A DNA stretch of 64,000 nt from a virus: the IMG/VR virus record IMGVR_UViG_3300042691_015010, positions 6,002 to 70,001 of that record, one strand, 5' to 3'. The notes under the pieces were generated by a model. The model was not told the DNA's origin. It made no database searches and saw nothing but the letters and a program-made list of their open reading frames with translations. The number at the start of each line of letters is the position of its first letter. Position 1 is the stretch's first letter. Shown piece after piece: positions 48,801-57,505 of the stretch. Both the position numbers and the translations under genes were made by a program.

Positions 48801-49083
48801 GCTAATGACAGAGTTGTCAGACACTAAAAACGTTTTCTCTGCAAGTAGAAATGATTATTTTGAGGCAGTGTTTGCACCGGGTGAAGCAAACTCTGGTGTA
48901 CCTGCAAACAAGATAAGATATACATCTGTATCTGGAACAGGACCACACAAAGACTTTTCTGTATTCCAAATCAAAGTTGTACTATATGGTTCAAGCACTG
49001 TCTCTGTACCTAAGTTTGGTCAGATTCGTGTGATTGCATTGCCAGAAACAACATTGGTTGGAACAATTATACCTAATACATAA
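42814..49083 (+). CDS. large virion structural protein (DUF4815/VrlC-like)
   Basis: NVDPYYDDFD, FKPGQAVQSRELTQIQ, APGADRY, LARRTYDESGDY, DPLAQTF. Confidence 0.88.
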   Translation: MPLTTNFNVDPYYDDFDGQKNYYRTLFKPGQAVQSRELTQIQTNLQDQIKKFGDHIFKTGSIVTGGQITIQNCNYLNITSTFSGADISANNFNEKVIVNAANTKRAYVLKSYGSNEARGEPITFIITQSYGDPFTENETIYTANSDPTAITYYANTANVSAYGNSKAFSVASGVFYYDGFFVENQPQSIAVSKYSANGNALIGFVVSEDIVDYTEDTTLLDPAQSASNFQAPGADRYRIQLTLDNRALDSNDLTQFIELAQFSDGAPQKVIQTPIYGPIVDELARRTYDESGDYVIDNFQIALADSTANSAFANVILGAGKAYIRGYDYKTGAPTVISIPKPREKATVINQRITSDYGYFLYANDYFGNFATNQYDNVALLSINTGQIPYSVSGVVNTNILANSTIGTARVKLAKFYAASGNTQDSNNYIYKIYVTDVNTLSIGANSGYGTNANTGASRSIVYLPTNYSANNDAYKGMTIRMVGGTVDPSDNTPRVIIDYTVTGASLNATVDPPFSTVPTINWRFILDTSLEGVESLVRVNSTFHRVSSANISPMSKNQSVGASSISFNQPLFQPVSIQERRKEPLLIKVGESNVADNSISDFAYSYQKLYQGVTFTGTVSSALSYGTGESLQSAPTESSRRQYYRVVVSEPSSSPYYRGQTIPSDRVSVDTTARTVTVSQAVTGMVVNVFATINSSIPTSKTKTYIKANTTLVDPAGGRANNIFGNNAVYLASLDGQTIISETFLEKRAGRQQTLFAADLHSINAILDFAGTTISTANYDAGAYINVTSRYSFDTGQKDSYYDWGSITLKPGQNAPRGPLLVRYNRFRSTGSGYFDVDSYTRLGSQENGGSGLDYGAIPNFVSQDGFIYKLSDYLDFRPVRRDANSLGQTDRYTANNFVLDADEANIGTKISEPDLDIITDYAYYLPRIDRVVLTKDRAFQVIQGVSSINPVTPIEPDDAMTLYVLKYPPYLYNTYSTQIDIFNNRRYTMRDIAKLDKRIQNLEIYTSLSIAELAALNKNDRTIRDANGLNRPKNGIFVDSFSDQTSSDITNPGFTAAIDILSRVCRGSYNIASTRLVSSGTVSDTNVEINGPVLMLASSNTTFIQQSKASKAINVNPFNVINYLGTVKLDPPSDVWKTDDRLEAQNIDLTGGNAARDAWSSIQSTTWGAWNTQWTSSLQVSASVTDVDQTQRRTTVDRATRQEATGRGTGAAIVEDTTTTTTVTASLSQRLQASRTGILAQIVPQQLTRSFGDRVIDLTVVHYMRQKNILVIAEKFKPFSSLHAFFDTTKIDNYIAVLNSLEFTNNNLEYSTPLSNQETVSLYAATSNTALRPTDTLIGVAGMVHTANDRGYLVSLPTAFNTFGSWSQLLTNGIWVVGNRSGKTYRADKWYHRVGRARGGSSVSSTVKIISLANNVFGAENTGDFVGQTLYILRNTGAGQSGTITAYDLATGNATVSGLTTTPDTTSDYSIGLLETDASGSCAGVFNCPDGVFRTGEKLFRLIDDEVGNLENSRTNGDTTFYASGIVQTKQETSITVFTPTVTRRQVTEGFVATTRASASDTSTSTTTEFVRYIDPLAQTFLINGAQYPQGVVIDSIRVCFKTKDTTESVTCQIRPVVNGYPSATEIYPYAEKVLTPDKVNISLTPSITDSAKYTEFKFDIPVLLLPGEHSFVLLSNSTGYEAFIAGINDTDLVTGARISEQPYTGSLFLSQNGAVWTADQQNDIMFAIQKRVFTNDIGYGYLEADMTEYSANVVYDVLQVMSTDVVIANTAISYEFISEKQSGGQHTLLSIVPNLDYEVDVDNNGRRILNTLTGNSTFQLRVIMSSTNRDISPMIDINRLNLLTIENKINNLPLQNTGFQVTNGGSGYTGNAKVTISTGGDGTANAYANVVGGVVDKIVLDNPGNLYITSPTITISGSGGTGATAVYNAEDKATGGNGDVRYITKKVPLATGFDAGDLRVYLDLYRPPGSGILVWYKVLSESDPSRFDDNNWLLMTELSDTKNVFSASRNDYFEAVFAPGEANSGVPANKIRYTSVSGTGPHKDFSVFQIKVVLYGSSTVSVPKFGQIRVIALPETTLVGTIIPNT

Positions 49084-49084
49084 T

Positions 49085-49324
49085 ATGACATATGTTCGAA
49101 TAGAATCTCATAAGCACCTCTATCGTGATTTAGATAGTGGTGCTATATTGAATACTGATATAGAAGAGCTAAAGTCATACTATGCTCAGGTTGAAATTAA
49201 GAATAGAGAGATGGAAGAAAAATTAAAATTAGAAAACAAAGTAAACAAGTTGGAAGATGATATTGGAGAAATTAAAATGCTTCTTCGTAACTTGCTAGAG
49301 ATGAGAAAACCAGATGGCAATTAA
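49085..49324 (+). CDS. small coiled-coil hypothetical protein
   Basis: ATG at 49085; LYRDLDSGAILNTD...EIKMLL. Confidence 0.8.
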   Translation: MTYVRIESHKHLYRDLDSGAILNTDIEELKSYYAQVEIKNREMEEKLKLENKVNKLEDDIGEIKMLLRNLLEMRKPDGN

Positions 49325-50228
49325 TCAACTATCCACTGCAAATACATTTCAAGAGTGGTTGACCACGACTTCGTTGTTGGTAGCAACGGCTAATTCTCTT
49401 ACAGATAATACCAACGGTGGATTCATAGCAAACTCTTCCATCTTTGTTCAAGGTTCTAGTGCATCATTAAATGTTCGAACACTTGCAAATATCAATACTT
49501 TGCAGGCTAACACAGGTAACATAGCAAACATTTCATTGATTTCTGGAAGTGTTGTAGGTAATGGTAATCTGACCTTTAGTGGCGCCACGATCAGTAACCT
49601 TACTTTTGGAAACGTTGTTGTTACTGGTAATGTTCAAACTGTTAATGTAACAAATACCTTGCGTGTTGGTGGTGATGCCTTAATTTCAGGCAATCTGACA
49701 ATTACTGGAAACACAACTCTTGACAACATTGGTTTCAATGATTTAAGTATATCAGGCAATGCGTCGATAGGCAATAACTTAGTAGTAACTCAGAATATTG
49801 CAGTAGCCAATGTAACAAGAACTTTGAATGTCGGTAGTAGCATCACTGCACCATTAGCAAATATTGCTAATATCAATCTATCATTCAGTTCATTGTCTGT
49901 TCCAGGCAACTTAACAGTAACAGGCACGACTTCCAATATTACTCGAAACTTGGTGGTTGGTGGTAATATTGCGATGGCAAATATTACTTCGAATGCATAT
50001 ATTGGTGGTGATGCATTCATTTATGGTAATCTGACAATTTCCGGCAACACAACACTTGATTCAATTGGATTCAATGATTTGGATGTGGCTGGTCGTATAA
50101 CTGCACCAAATTTAAGTGTCACAAATGCTAACGTCACGATTCTTTCTGGTCAAGCAAATACAGCAATTTACAGCACAATTGTGGCAGCAATCGACTCTTC
50201 AATCGCATTTTCGATTGCTTTAGGTTAA
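49314..50228 (+). CDS. beta-helical fibre/structural protein
   Basis: STANTFQEW start; GNLTI repeats; duplicated GGDA.I.GNLTI.GNTTLD.IGFNDL; ends SIAFSIALG. Confidence 0.8.
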   Translation: MAINQLSTANTFQEWLTTTSLLVATANSLTDNTNGGFIANSSIFVQGSSASLNVRTLANINTLQANTGNIANISLISGSVVGNGNLTFSGATISNLTFGNVVVTGNVQTVNVTNTLRVGGDALISGNLTITGNTTLDNIGFNDLSISGNASIGNNLVVTQNIAVANVTRTLNVGSSITAPLANIANINLSFSSLSVPGNLTVTGTTSNITRNLVVGGNIAMANITSNAYIGGDAFIYGNLTISGNTTLDSIGFNDLDVAGRITAPNLSVTNANVTILSGQANTAIYSTIVAAIDSSIAFSIALG

Positions 50229-50254
50229 ATAAATAGACAAAAACAGAGGTTTTA

Positions 50255-50587
50255 ATGGCTAATACTTTTAAAAATTCAACTTTGAAATCAGTTGGAACAT
50301 CGGTGCAAAATGTTTACGCTGCCGGCGCTGGTGTTCAATCTACGGTAATTGGAATGACAATTGCTAACATGGTTACTACTCCAATTTCAGTAAGCGTTAG
50401 CCTAAGTGGTGGAACTATTACAGGAAATGTTTTTCTGATTAAAGATGCCACAGTTGCTCCTGGTGGCGCATTGGTGCCTATTGGTGGTGATCAAAAGGTA
50501 GTTCTTGAGGCTGGAAATTATTTACAGGTAAATACTTCAGTCGCATCTTCGGCTGATGTAGTTCTTTCAGTTCTGGAGATCAATTAA
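50255..50587 (+). CDS. small virion adaptor protein (MANTFK type)
   Basis: 110-aa beta-rich; GMTIAN, KVVLEAG, VLSVLEI. Confidence 0.8.
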   Translation: MANTFKNSTLKSVGTSVQNVYAAGAGVQSTVIGMTIANMVTTPISVSVSLSGGTITGNVFLIKDATVAPGGALVPIGGDQKVVLEAGNYLQVNTSVASSADVVLSVLEIN

Positions 50588-51009
50588 TGGCATACATAGG
50601 AAACACTCCTGAAGTAAGTTTTTACACTTTAGGTGTGGAGAAATTTAGCGGCACTGGTGCTTGTACGGAGTTCACTCTTGGTAGAACCATCAGTGATGCT
50701 AATACAATTGCCGTAACAGTTGGTGGTGTGTCACAAATACCAGGTGACTCATATTCTGTTGCTGCTGGTGTCATTACATTTACAGAAGCACCTGAAGCAT
50801 TTGCAAATAATATTGTTATTACCTATCTTGCGACGAGTGTTTACACTCAATATATACCAGGTCAATTTGCGCCGGGTTCTGTAACACAAACTGCACTTGC
50901 TACGAGTGCTGTTAATAATGAAAAAATTGCAAACAATTCAATTACAGGTGAGAAAATAAGCACACCAGCCGACATTTTTGATGATTCGTTCTTATTTGGC
51001 GGAATGTAA
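50587..51009 (+). CDS. small virion protein (MAYIGN type)
   Basis: FSGTG..TEFTL, GVSQIPG..YSV, ITFTEAP; ends SFLFGGM. Confidence 0.8.
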   Translation: MAYIGNTPEVSFYTLGVEKFSGTGACTEFTLGRTISDANTIAVTVGGVSQIPGDSYSVAAGVITFTEAPEAFANNIVITYLATSVYTQYIPGQFAPGSVTQTALATSAVNNEKIANNSITGEKISTPADIFDDSFLFGGM

Positions 51010-51028
51010 ACAAAAGGAAAAATAACAA

Positions 51029-51367
51029 ATGGCAAGAGCATATAAAATTTTAGGTCAATCAAATCCATCAGCAAATGTATTGACTACATTATACACTGTA
51101 CCTGCTGGTAATTCAGCAATCATTTCATCAATTACCATTGCTAATCTTGATGAAAATGCCGCTAATGGTGCTGCATTTAGAATTGCTGCAAACATTTCTG
51201 GTGTTGCTGTTGCTAATACAAATTATATTGCATATGGTGTAAATGTGCCAGGTCGTGATGCAATTACATTGACGCTTGGTGTGACACTAAACGCAGGATC
51301 AATTGTTTCAGTCAACGCTAATAGTTCATTACTTTCTTTTTCAGCATTTGGCACTGAAATTTACTAA
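51029..51367 (+). CDS. small virion adaptor protein (YKILGQ type)
   Basis: YKILGQSNP, LYTVPAG, LGVTL, SFSAFGTEI. Confidence 0.8.
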   Translation: MARAYKILGQSNPSANVLTTLYTVPAGNSAIISSITIANLDENAANGAAFRIAANISGVAVANTNYIAYGVNVPGRDAITLTLGVTLNAGSIVSVNANSSLLSFSAFGTEIY

Positions 51368-51379
51368 TTGGAATTTTAA

Positions 51380-53749
51380 ATGGCTCTGAATAGAATCTCC
51401 GTAAGTAGAGTATCACTTAAACGAATGACTGTACCAGGTTTTGGTGCGGCTGTTACTCCCGTTACTCCTCCTGCACCAAATGTTGGTGTGCAAGTGTTTA
51501 CAGAAACTTCTGCATGGGTAGCACCACCTGGTGTAACATCAGTGGAATATCTTGTTGTTGCAGGTGGAGGTGGTGGTGGTGGAACTGATGGTGCTGGTGG
51601 TGGTGCTGGTGGATATAGAACGGGCGCTGGACTCAATGTAACAGCAAATCAAACATACACAATTGTTGTTGGTTCAGGTGGTTCAGGCGCACCTGGCGGT
51701 TCGGGTGGAAAAGGTGGCAATGGTTCAAATTCTGGAATTTGGAGTACAGGTGCGACACCTTTCTCAGCATTGTGGTCAATTGGTGGTGGAGGTGGTGGTA
51801 CTAATGGAGGTGGATTAAGAGAAGGTAATTCAGGAGGCTCTGGTGGTGGTGCTGGATATGCACCAGCTGCAACAAATGGTGGTTTAGGTACACCAGGACA
51901 AGGATTTAACGGTGGCAATTATCCAGCGCCAACCGCAGTTGGTGGTGCTGGTGGAGGTGGTGCCGGTGCTGCTGGTGGAGATACAGGAGCCACAAGAGCA
52001 GGTAATGGTGCTATAGGATTATTTTCATCTATAACTGGTGCAAATGTTGGTTATGCTGGTGGTGGAGGAGGTGGTACTCCTGGAAGTTTAGGTGCACAGG
52101 GAGTAGGAGCATTTTCGTTTGGTGGTGCAAATGGTTCAGTAGTTAATGTTACAGGTGTGGCGGGGAACAATAACACTGGTGGCGGTGGCGGTGGTGGCGG
52201 TGGTGGTTTTCCTGCTTTACCGCCAGGAGGTGCCGGTGGTTCTGGTATTGTCGTACTCAAATACACATTTGGTGATTCAACTAATCAAACATTCGTCTTT
52301 GCAAACACTGGTCAGTTTGTAGTGCCTGATGGCATCACAACAATTGATTATTTGTTGATTGGAGGTGGTGGAGGTGGTGGTGGCACCGGCGCAGGTATCG
52401 GTGGAGGTGGTGGTGGTGCTGGTGGTTATCTTGCTGGGACAGGATATCCTGTAGGACCAAATCAATTATATACAATTCAAGTTGGTGCTGGTGGTTCAGG
52501 AGGAAGTGGACAAGTTCAAGGTTCAAATGGTGTAAATACATTTATTTCCGCTGGAAATACTGCTAATGCTGCCATATTATCTGCAATTGGTGGAGGTGGT
52601 GGAGGTGGTGGTAATGGTTCACCAACAAATAACGGATTTGCTGGTGGTTCTGGCGGCGGAGCAAGTAATGGTAATGCTGGCGCAGGAACACCAGGACAAG
52701 GAAACAATGGAGGTTCAACCGATAGTGGCGCTCCAGCTTATAGACTTTCTGGCGGCGGCGGTGCTGGTGCTGCTGGTGTTTCTGGTGCATCCACAGGCAA
52801 CGGTGGCGCTGGATCATCTTCCACTATAACAGGCTCATCTGTTACATATGCGGGTGGTGGCGGCGGTGGAAACAACACTGGTCCTGCATCTTCTGGAGGA
52901 ACTGGTGGAGGTGGTGCTGGTAATGGTGGCACTGGATCAAATAATTTAGGTGGTGGTGGTGGAGGTGCTGCTAATGGAGGCACTGGTGGTAGAGGCGGCT
53001 CTGGATTTGCCGTAATCAAAATCTCCGCTGTTCAAAATAAGATAGCAGTATTCTCTAACACTGCAACATGGAATGTGCCGTTAGGTGTAACTTCAGTGGA
53101 CTATTTGGTGGTGGCTGGTGGTGGCGGTGGCGGTTATGCTTACGGTGGTGGCGGTGGCGCTGGCGGATTTAGAACAGGCACGGGATTTGCAGTTACTCCC
53201 GGTGTAAGTTATACAGTAACAATCGGAGCGGGAGGAGCGGCAAGCGCATCAAGAGGTGGAAATTCAACTTTTTCCACTATCACATCTAACGGTGGTGGAT
53301 TTGGTAATGCTAATCAAGACGGTAGTCCAGGTGGATCCGGTGCTGGCGGTAGTTATAACAGTGGTGGCGGTGCTGGTTCAGGCAACATTCCATCAACTTC
53401 TCCTAGTCAGGGAAATAATGGAGCAGGTGTTCAAGGCAATGGTGGTGGCGGCGGTGGTGGTGCTTCTCAAGCAGGACAAGGTAGAAATGGTGGCAATGGT
53501 ACTGCTTCTTCAATTACTGGAGTGAATGTTACATACGCCGGTGGCGGTGGTGGTGGTGCAGCGACTCCGGGTACAGCATTTTCTACTGGCGGCACTGGAG
53601 GTGGTGGATCTGGAGGAATTAACAACGCATCTCCTGGCGCTGTAAACACAGGGGGTGGCGGTGGCGGTGGTGGTGCCGGCGGCCCCGGTGGACCTTACAC
53701 AGATGGCGCCGCTGGTGGTTCTGGTGTCGTCGTTCTCAAATGGACTTAA
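51380..53749 (+). CDS. glycine-rich putative adhesin, three modules
   Basis: Three F..T..W..P.G....YL.V.GGG...GGSG.V..K modules. Confidence 0.85.
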   Translation: MALNRISVSRVSLKRMTVPGFGAAVTPVTPPAPNVGVQVFTETSAWVAPPGVTSVEYLVVAGGGGGGGTDGAGGGAGGYRTGAGLNVTANQTYTIVVGSGGSGAPGGSGGKGGNGSNSGIWSTGATPFSALWSIGGGGGGTNGGGLREGNSGGSGGGAGYAPAATNGGLGTPGQGFNGGNYPAPTAVGGAGGGGAGAAGGDTGATRAGNGAIGLFSSITGANVGYAGGGGGGTPGSLGAQGVGAFSFGGANGSVVNVTGVAGNNNTGGGGGGGGGGFPALPPGGAGGSGIVVLKYTFGDSTNQTFVFANTGQFVVPDGITTIDYLLIGGGGGGGGTGAGIGGGGGGAGGYLAGTGYPVGPNQLYTIQVGAGGSGGSGQVQGSNGVNTFISAGNTANAAILSAIGGGGGGGGNGSPTNNGFAGGSGGGASNGNAGAGTPGQGNNGGSTDSGAPAYRLSGGGGAGAAGVSGASTGNGGAGSSSTITGSSVTYAGGGGGGNNTGPASSGGTGGGGAGNGGTGSNNLGGGGGGAANGGTGGRGGSGFAVIKISAVQNKIAVFSNTATWNVPLGVTSVDYLVVAGGGGGGYAYGGGGGAGGFRTGTGFAVTPGVSYTVTIGAGGAASASRGGNSTFSTITSNGGGFGNANQDGSPGGSGAGGSYNSGGGAGSGNIPSTSPSQGNNGAGVQGNGGGGGGGASQAGQGRNGGNGTASSITGVNVTYAGGGGGGAATPGTAFSTGGTGGGGSGGINNASPGAVNTGGGGGGGGAGGPGGPYTDGAAGGSGVVVLKWT

Positions 53750-53756
53750 AACACAG

Positions 53757-53764
53757 TATAAATA
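53757..53764 (+). promoter_or_regulatory. T4-type late promoter
   Basis: exact TATAAATA upstream of 53787. Confidence 0.8.
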
Positions 53765-53786
53765 TTTTTATTTTAAAGGTGATTGA

Positions 53787-54203
53787 ATGAATACTGAACA
53801 AATTTCTTATGCACAATACTTAATTGGTAACAATAATAAACTTGTGTGTGGTATCGATACTGCGATTAAAGCACTTCGACCACACGCAAGATATGATATG
53901 TCTGCATCAGGTGGACACTTTGAATTCACTCGTTGGGAAGATGAATCAGGTTCTAAGCCACCAACAAAAGAAGAAATTTTTGAAGAATTAGAATATCAGA
54001 ATAAATTTATCGACTACTGGCAGCATTTTTTAGATCGTGCTGCAAATTATCCTGATATTGTAGTTTTAATTAATCTACTATATGAAGCAATAGACAATGG
54101 TGAAATACCAGGCAAAGGCAGTGGCTTCTACAATGCTATCAAAGAAGTCAATGACAAGTTTCCAAAGCCAGAAGGTGAACCTCCTAGCAAAGAAATTAAA
54201 TAA
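53787..54203 (+). CDS. putative tail fibre assembly/XkdW-like protein
   Basis: AIKALRP.A, W...KPPTKEEI, RAANYPDI, IKEVNDKFPKP. Confidence 0.65.
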   Translation: MNTEQISYAQYLIGNNNKLVCGIDTAIKALRPHARYDMSASGGHFEFTRWEDESGSKPPTKEEIFEELEYQNKFIDYWQHFLDRAANYPDIVVLINLLYEAIDNGEIPGKGSGFYNAIKEVNDKFPKPEGEPPSKEIK

Positions 54204-54218
54204 AATTTAAGGAATTAA

Positions 54219-54614
54219 ATGTCGTATATTGGAAATCAAGTAACTTCAGTCCCGTTTACAGCTGATGTTTTCAGTGGTACGGGTAGTGCCACATCTTTCG
54301 GACCAATGATACGAATTCCTGCTGCAATTGCCTCTATAGCAGTTTTTGTGGACGGTTCATACAAAACACCAGGCATTGATTATACATTAAATGTGGATTA
54401 CATTGTCTTTACAACGCCACCGGCACTAGGCACAAATAATATTGTTGCACATCATTTAGGTAATGGTGTCATGGCAACACAAGTACCCGCAGATGGTTCA
54501 GTTACCGCACCAAAGATAGCAGATGGGTCTATAACACCAATAAAATTTTCATCAGCAGCAAATTCACAAATTCAAAGTTCGGGCATTGTAGGCTCGATCA
54601 TATTCGGAGGTTAA
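54219..54614 (+). CDS. small virion protein (MSYIGN type)
   Basis: Paralog of 50587; DGSVTAPKIADGSI repeat; ends SIIFGG. Confidence 0.8.
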   Translation: MSYIGNQVTSVPFTADVFSGTGSATSFGPMIRIPAAIASIAVFVDGSYKTPGIDYTLNVDYIVFTTPPALGTNNIVAHHLGNGVMATQVPADGSVTAPKIADGSITPIKFSSAANSQIQSSGIVGSIIFGG

Positions 54615-54617
54615 TAA

Positions 54618-55001
54618 ATGGCAGCGCCAAACATTGTTAGCGTAACAGATATTAGAGGTAAAAGTAATGTTGCCAACGTTACAACAGTTTCATCGTCAGT
54701 CATTGTCAATGCTGTCAATTCAGGTAAAGTGTTTAAGATTAACACACTGATTGTGTCCAATGTTGACGGAACAAACGCTGGCAATGTTTCAGTAGAATTG
54801 TTTAAATTTGGCGCACAAAATACAAGTACGGGTTTAGGTAATGCAACATATGCTATTGCAAATACTGTCACTGTCCCCGCCAAATCATCATTAGACATTC
54901 TTGCAAAATCACTTTACTTAGAAGAAGGTGACCAAATCAAAGTTAAAGGTGATGCAAACAATCGTCTACATTTCATTTCATCATTTGAAGAGATTAGCTA
55001 A
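54618..55001 (+). CDS. small virion adaptor protein (MAAPNIV type)
   Basis: SGKVFKIN, SNVDGTN, TVPAKSSL, YLEEGD, SFEEIS. Confidence 0.8.
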   Translation: MAAPNIVSVTDIRGKSNVANVTTVSSSVIVNAVNSGKVFKINTLIVSNVDGTNAGNVSVELFKFGAQNTSTGLGNATYAIANTVTVPAKSSLDILAKSLYLEEGDQIKVKGDANNRLHFISSFEEIS

Positions 55002-57502
55002 TGCCATTAGGTTTAAATGGTGGTATCATTGGTCTTGTAAATGCATCAACTAGAACAGGTGGTGCCACTGGAATTTGGACATTAGGTGAAGCAGGAATAA
55101 ATTCTTTGGCAGGTTTATGGCCAGATGATTTTTCTTTTGTAAATGCTTTCACATCTTCTACTGGATGGTCTCCTGATTCTGATATTACTAGCGTAGACTA
55201 TGTAATTATTGCTGGTGGAGGTGGCGGTGGTGCTAGATCCGGTGGTGGTGGTGGAGCTGGTGGTTTTCTTGCTGGTTCAGGTCTTTCAGTTTCTTCAAGT
55301 GTCAATTATAGCTTAGTTGTCGGTTCTGGTGGTGCAGGAGGACTTGTTCCGGGTGCAACATTTGTTGGCGATAATGGCTCAAATGGCTCTAATTCGGGTA
55401 TTTTTGCTTCTTCTCCTTTCCCTGCAATATGGGCAACAGGTGGAGGTGGTGGTGCAGGTTCGGATGACAAAAGAGGTTATGCTGGCGGTTCGGGTGGCGG
55501 TGATGGACGAATTGGATCGCCACAAACTAATCTTCCTGGCGCACCGGGAACATCTGGTCAAGGAAATAGGGGCGGTGCTAGTGGAAGAATTTTTGCTCCC
55601 GGAGAAGCAGATTTATCTGGTGGAGGAGGTGGTGCTGGAGGCGCTGGTAATGGCGGACCATCAACACCAAATGCAAATGGTGGTATAGGACTAGCTGCTA
55701 CAATTACAGGTTCGCCAAAAAGATATGCAGGCGGAGGTGGTGGTTCAATTAATACTTCATTAAATACTTTTGGTCCTCCTTATTTTTATTTTGGACAAGA
55801 TGGCGGTGGAAATGGAACAATAAATCCATCATCAGCCACAGGTACTAATGCAGAAGTATCAACAGGCAGTGGTGGCGGAGGCGGCGGATTATCTGGATCC
55901 GATCCTGGTTATAGAGGCGGATCAGGTGGTTCGGGTATTATTTTTGTTCGTACAAGAAAAACGCCAGCCACAAACGCAGTATTCAAATTCTCTAATACAT
56001 CACAATGGATTGTTCCTGATGGCATAACAACGATTGATTATTTGATAGTTGGTGGCGGTGGTGCCGGCGGTGCATATAATGGAGGTGGCGGAGGTGCTGG
56101 TGGTCTTTTACAAGGAATAGGTTATCCAGTAGGTCCCGGACAATTATATACTATTCAAGTCGGTGCTGGTGGTGCAAATTCCGCTAGTCAAGCAAAAGGT
56201 GCTAATGGAACAAATACTGTATTAGCCGCAGGTAACACAGCAAATGCTGGAATTTTAATTGCTTTAGGTGGCGGTGGAGGTGGTGCTGAAGTGTCTCCTT
56301 CATTAGGAAACGCCGGCAATAGAGGTAATTATGGAGGTTCTGGTGGTGGTGGAAGTACCGGTTCTGCTGGTGGTCCAGGAACGCCCGGACAAGGCAACAA
56401 TGGCGGCACTTCAACAAATTATGGTGGTTCTGGTGGTGGTGGGGCTGGCGCAGCTGGTAATTCTTCTTCTTCAGATACATTCTCCACTGGTGGCAAAGGA
56501 TTAGTTTCTTCAATTACTGGAGTGAATGTTACATACGCTGCTGGTGGCGGTGGAGCTTCTTTTTCTTCATCTCCATATACAGGTGTGAATGGAGCAGGAA
56601 CATCCGTTGCAGCAAATAATTCTGGCTATGGTGGTCAAGGATCGGAACCGAGAAGAAACATCTTAGGATCACAGGGTGGTTCAGGTGTTGCTATTATTAA
56701 AATTTCACCTGTTCAAAATAAAGTTGCAGTGTTCTCTAACACAGCAACATGGACTGTACCAACAGGTGTGACATCACTTGAATATCTCATCGTTGGTGGT
56801 GGAGGTGCTGGTGGAATAACATTTGGTGGTGGTGGTGGTGGCGGTGGATTTAGAACAAGTCCTTCTTATCCAGTTACGTCGGGTGGGTCATTGACTGTTG
56901 TTGTTGGTGGAGGTGGTTCATATAATTGGCCGGGTGGCGCAAGCACAAATGGTTCTAATTCAGGAATTTACACGACAACGGGTTCTGTTTGGTCGTCCGG
57001 TGGGGGTGCAGGAGGAACAAATCCTCATTATGCTGGTCCAACAAGTGCTGGAAACAATGGTAAAAATGGTGCATCCGGTGGTTCAGGTGGGGGTGGTTGT
57101 GGGAGTGATAATAACTCGATTGGTAATGGCACAGGTGGATTGGGAAATATTCCCAACGTAAGTCCCGCTCAAGGAACCGGTGGTGGAAATGGTGCAGGAG
57201 GGGGTGCAAATCAAGGTGCTGGCGGTGGTGGTGGTGGCGCTTCTGCAAATGGACAATCATCACCAAGTGGAACTCAAGGTGGTAACGGTGGCGCTGGAGC
57301 TTATTCAACAATATCCGGCTCAAACACCGCATACGCTGGAGGTGGTGGTGGGGCAGTTCGTGATGACCAAGGCGCAACTCTTACTGTAGGTGGCGTTGGA
57401 GGTGGAGGTAATTTGGGTAAAAGTGGAATAGCTTTCACAGGTGGCGGTGGGGGTGTTGGGGCATCAGGAGGTTCGGGTATTGTTATTCTAAAATGGACGT
57501 AA
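55001..57502 (+). CDS. glycine-rich putative adhesin, three modules
   Basis: NGGIIG...GIWTL...GLWP N-terminal motif, then three Gly modules. Confidence 0.85.
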   Translation: MPLGLNGGIIGLVNASTRTGGATGIWTLGEAGINSLAGLWPDDFSFVNAFTSSTGWSPDSDITSVDYVIIAGGGGGGARSGGGGGAGGFLAGSGLSVSSSVNYSLVVGSGGAGGLVPGATFVGDNGSNGSNSGIFASSPFPAIWATGGGGGAGSDDKRGYAGGSGGGDGRIGSPQTNLPGAPGTSGQGNRGGASGRIFAPGEADLSGGGGGAGGAGNGGPSTPNANGGIGLAATITGSPKRYAGGGGGSINTSLNTFGPPYFYFGQDGGGNGTINPSSATGTNAEVSTGSGGGGGGLSGSDPGYRGGSGGSGIIFVRTRKTPATNAVFKFSNTSQWIVPDGITTIDYLIVGGGGAGGAYNGGGGGAGGLLQGIGYPVGPGQLYTIQVGAGGANSASQAKGANGTNTVLAAGNTANAGILIALGGGGGGAEVSPSLGNAGNRGNYGGSGGGGSTGSAGGPGTPGQGNNGGTSTNYGGSGGGGAGAAGNSSSSDTFSTGGKGLVSSITGVNVTYAAGGGGASFSSSPYTGVNGAGTSVAANNSGYGGQGSEPRRNILGSQGGSGVAIIKISPVQNKVAVFSNTATWTVPTGVTSLEYLIVGGGGAGGITFGGGGGGGGFRTSPSYPVTSGGSLTVVVGGGGSYNWPGGASTNGSNSGIYTTTGSVWSSGGGAGGTNPHYAGPTSAGNNGKNGASGGSGGGGCGSDNNSIGNGTGGLGNIPNVSPAQGTGGGNGAGGGANQGAGGGGGGASANGQSSPSGTQGGNGGAGAYSTISGSNTAYAGGGGGAVRDDQGATLTVGGVGGGGNLGKSGIAFTGGGGGVGASGGSGIVILKWT

Positions 57503-57505
57503 GAA

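Noticed and set aside
49314-50228. N-x-S/T sequon richness as proof of N-glycosylation
   Set aside because: GNLT/NVT repeats are expected from beta-helical fibre structure; enrichment cannot be established without a computed background.
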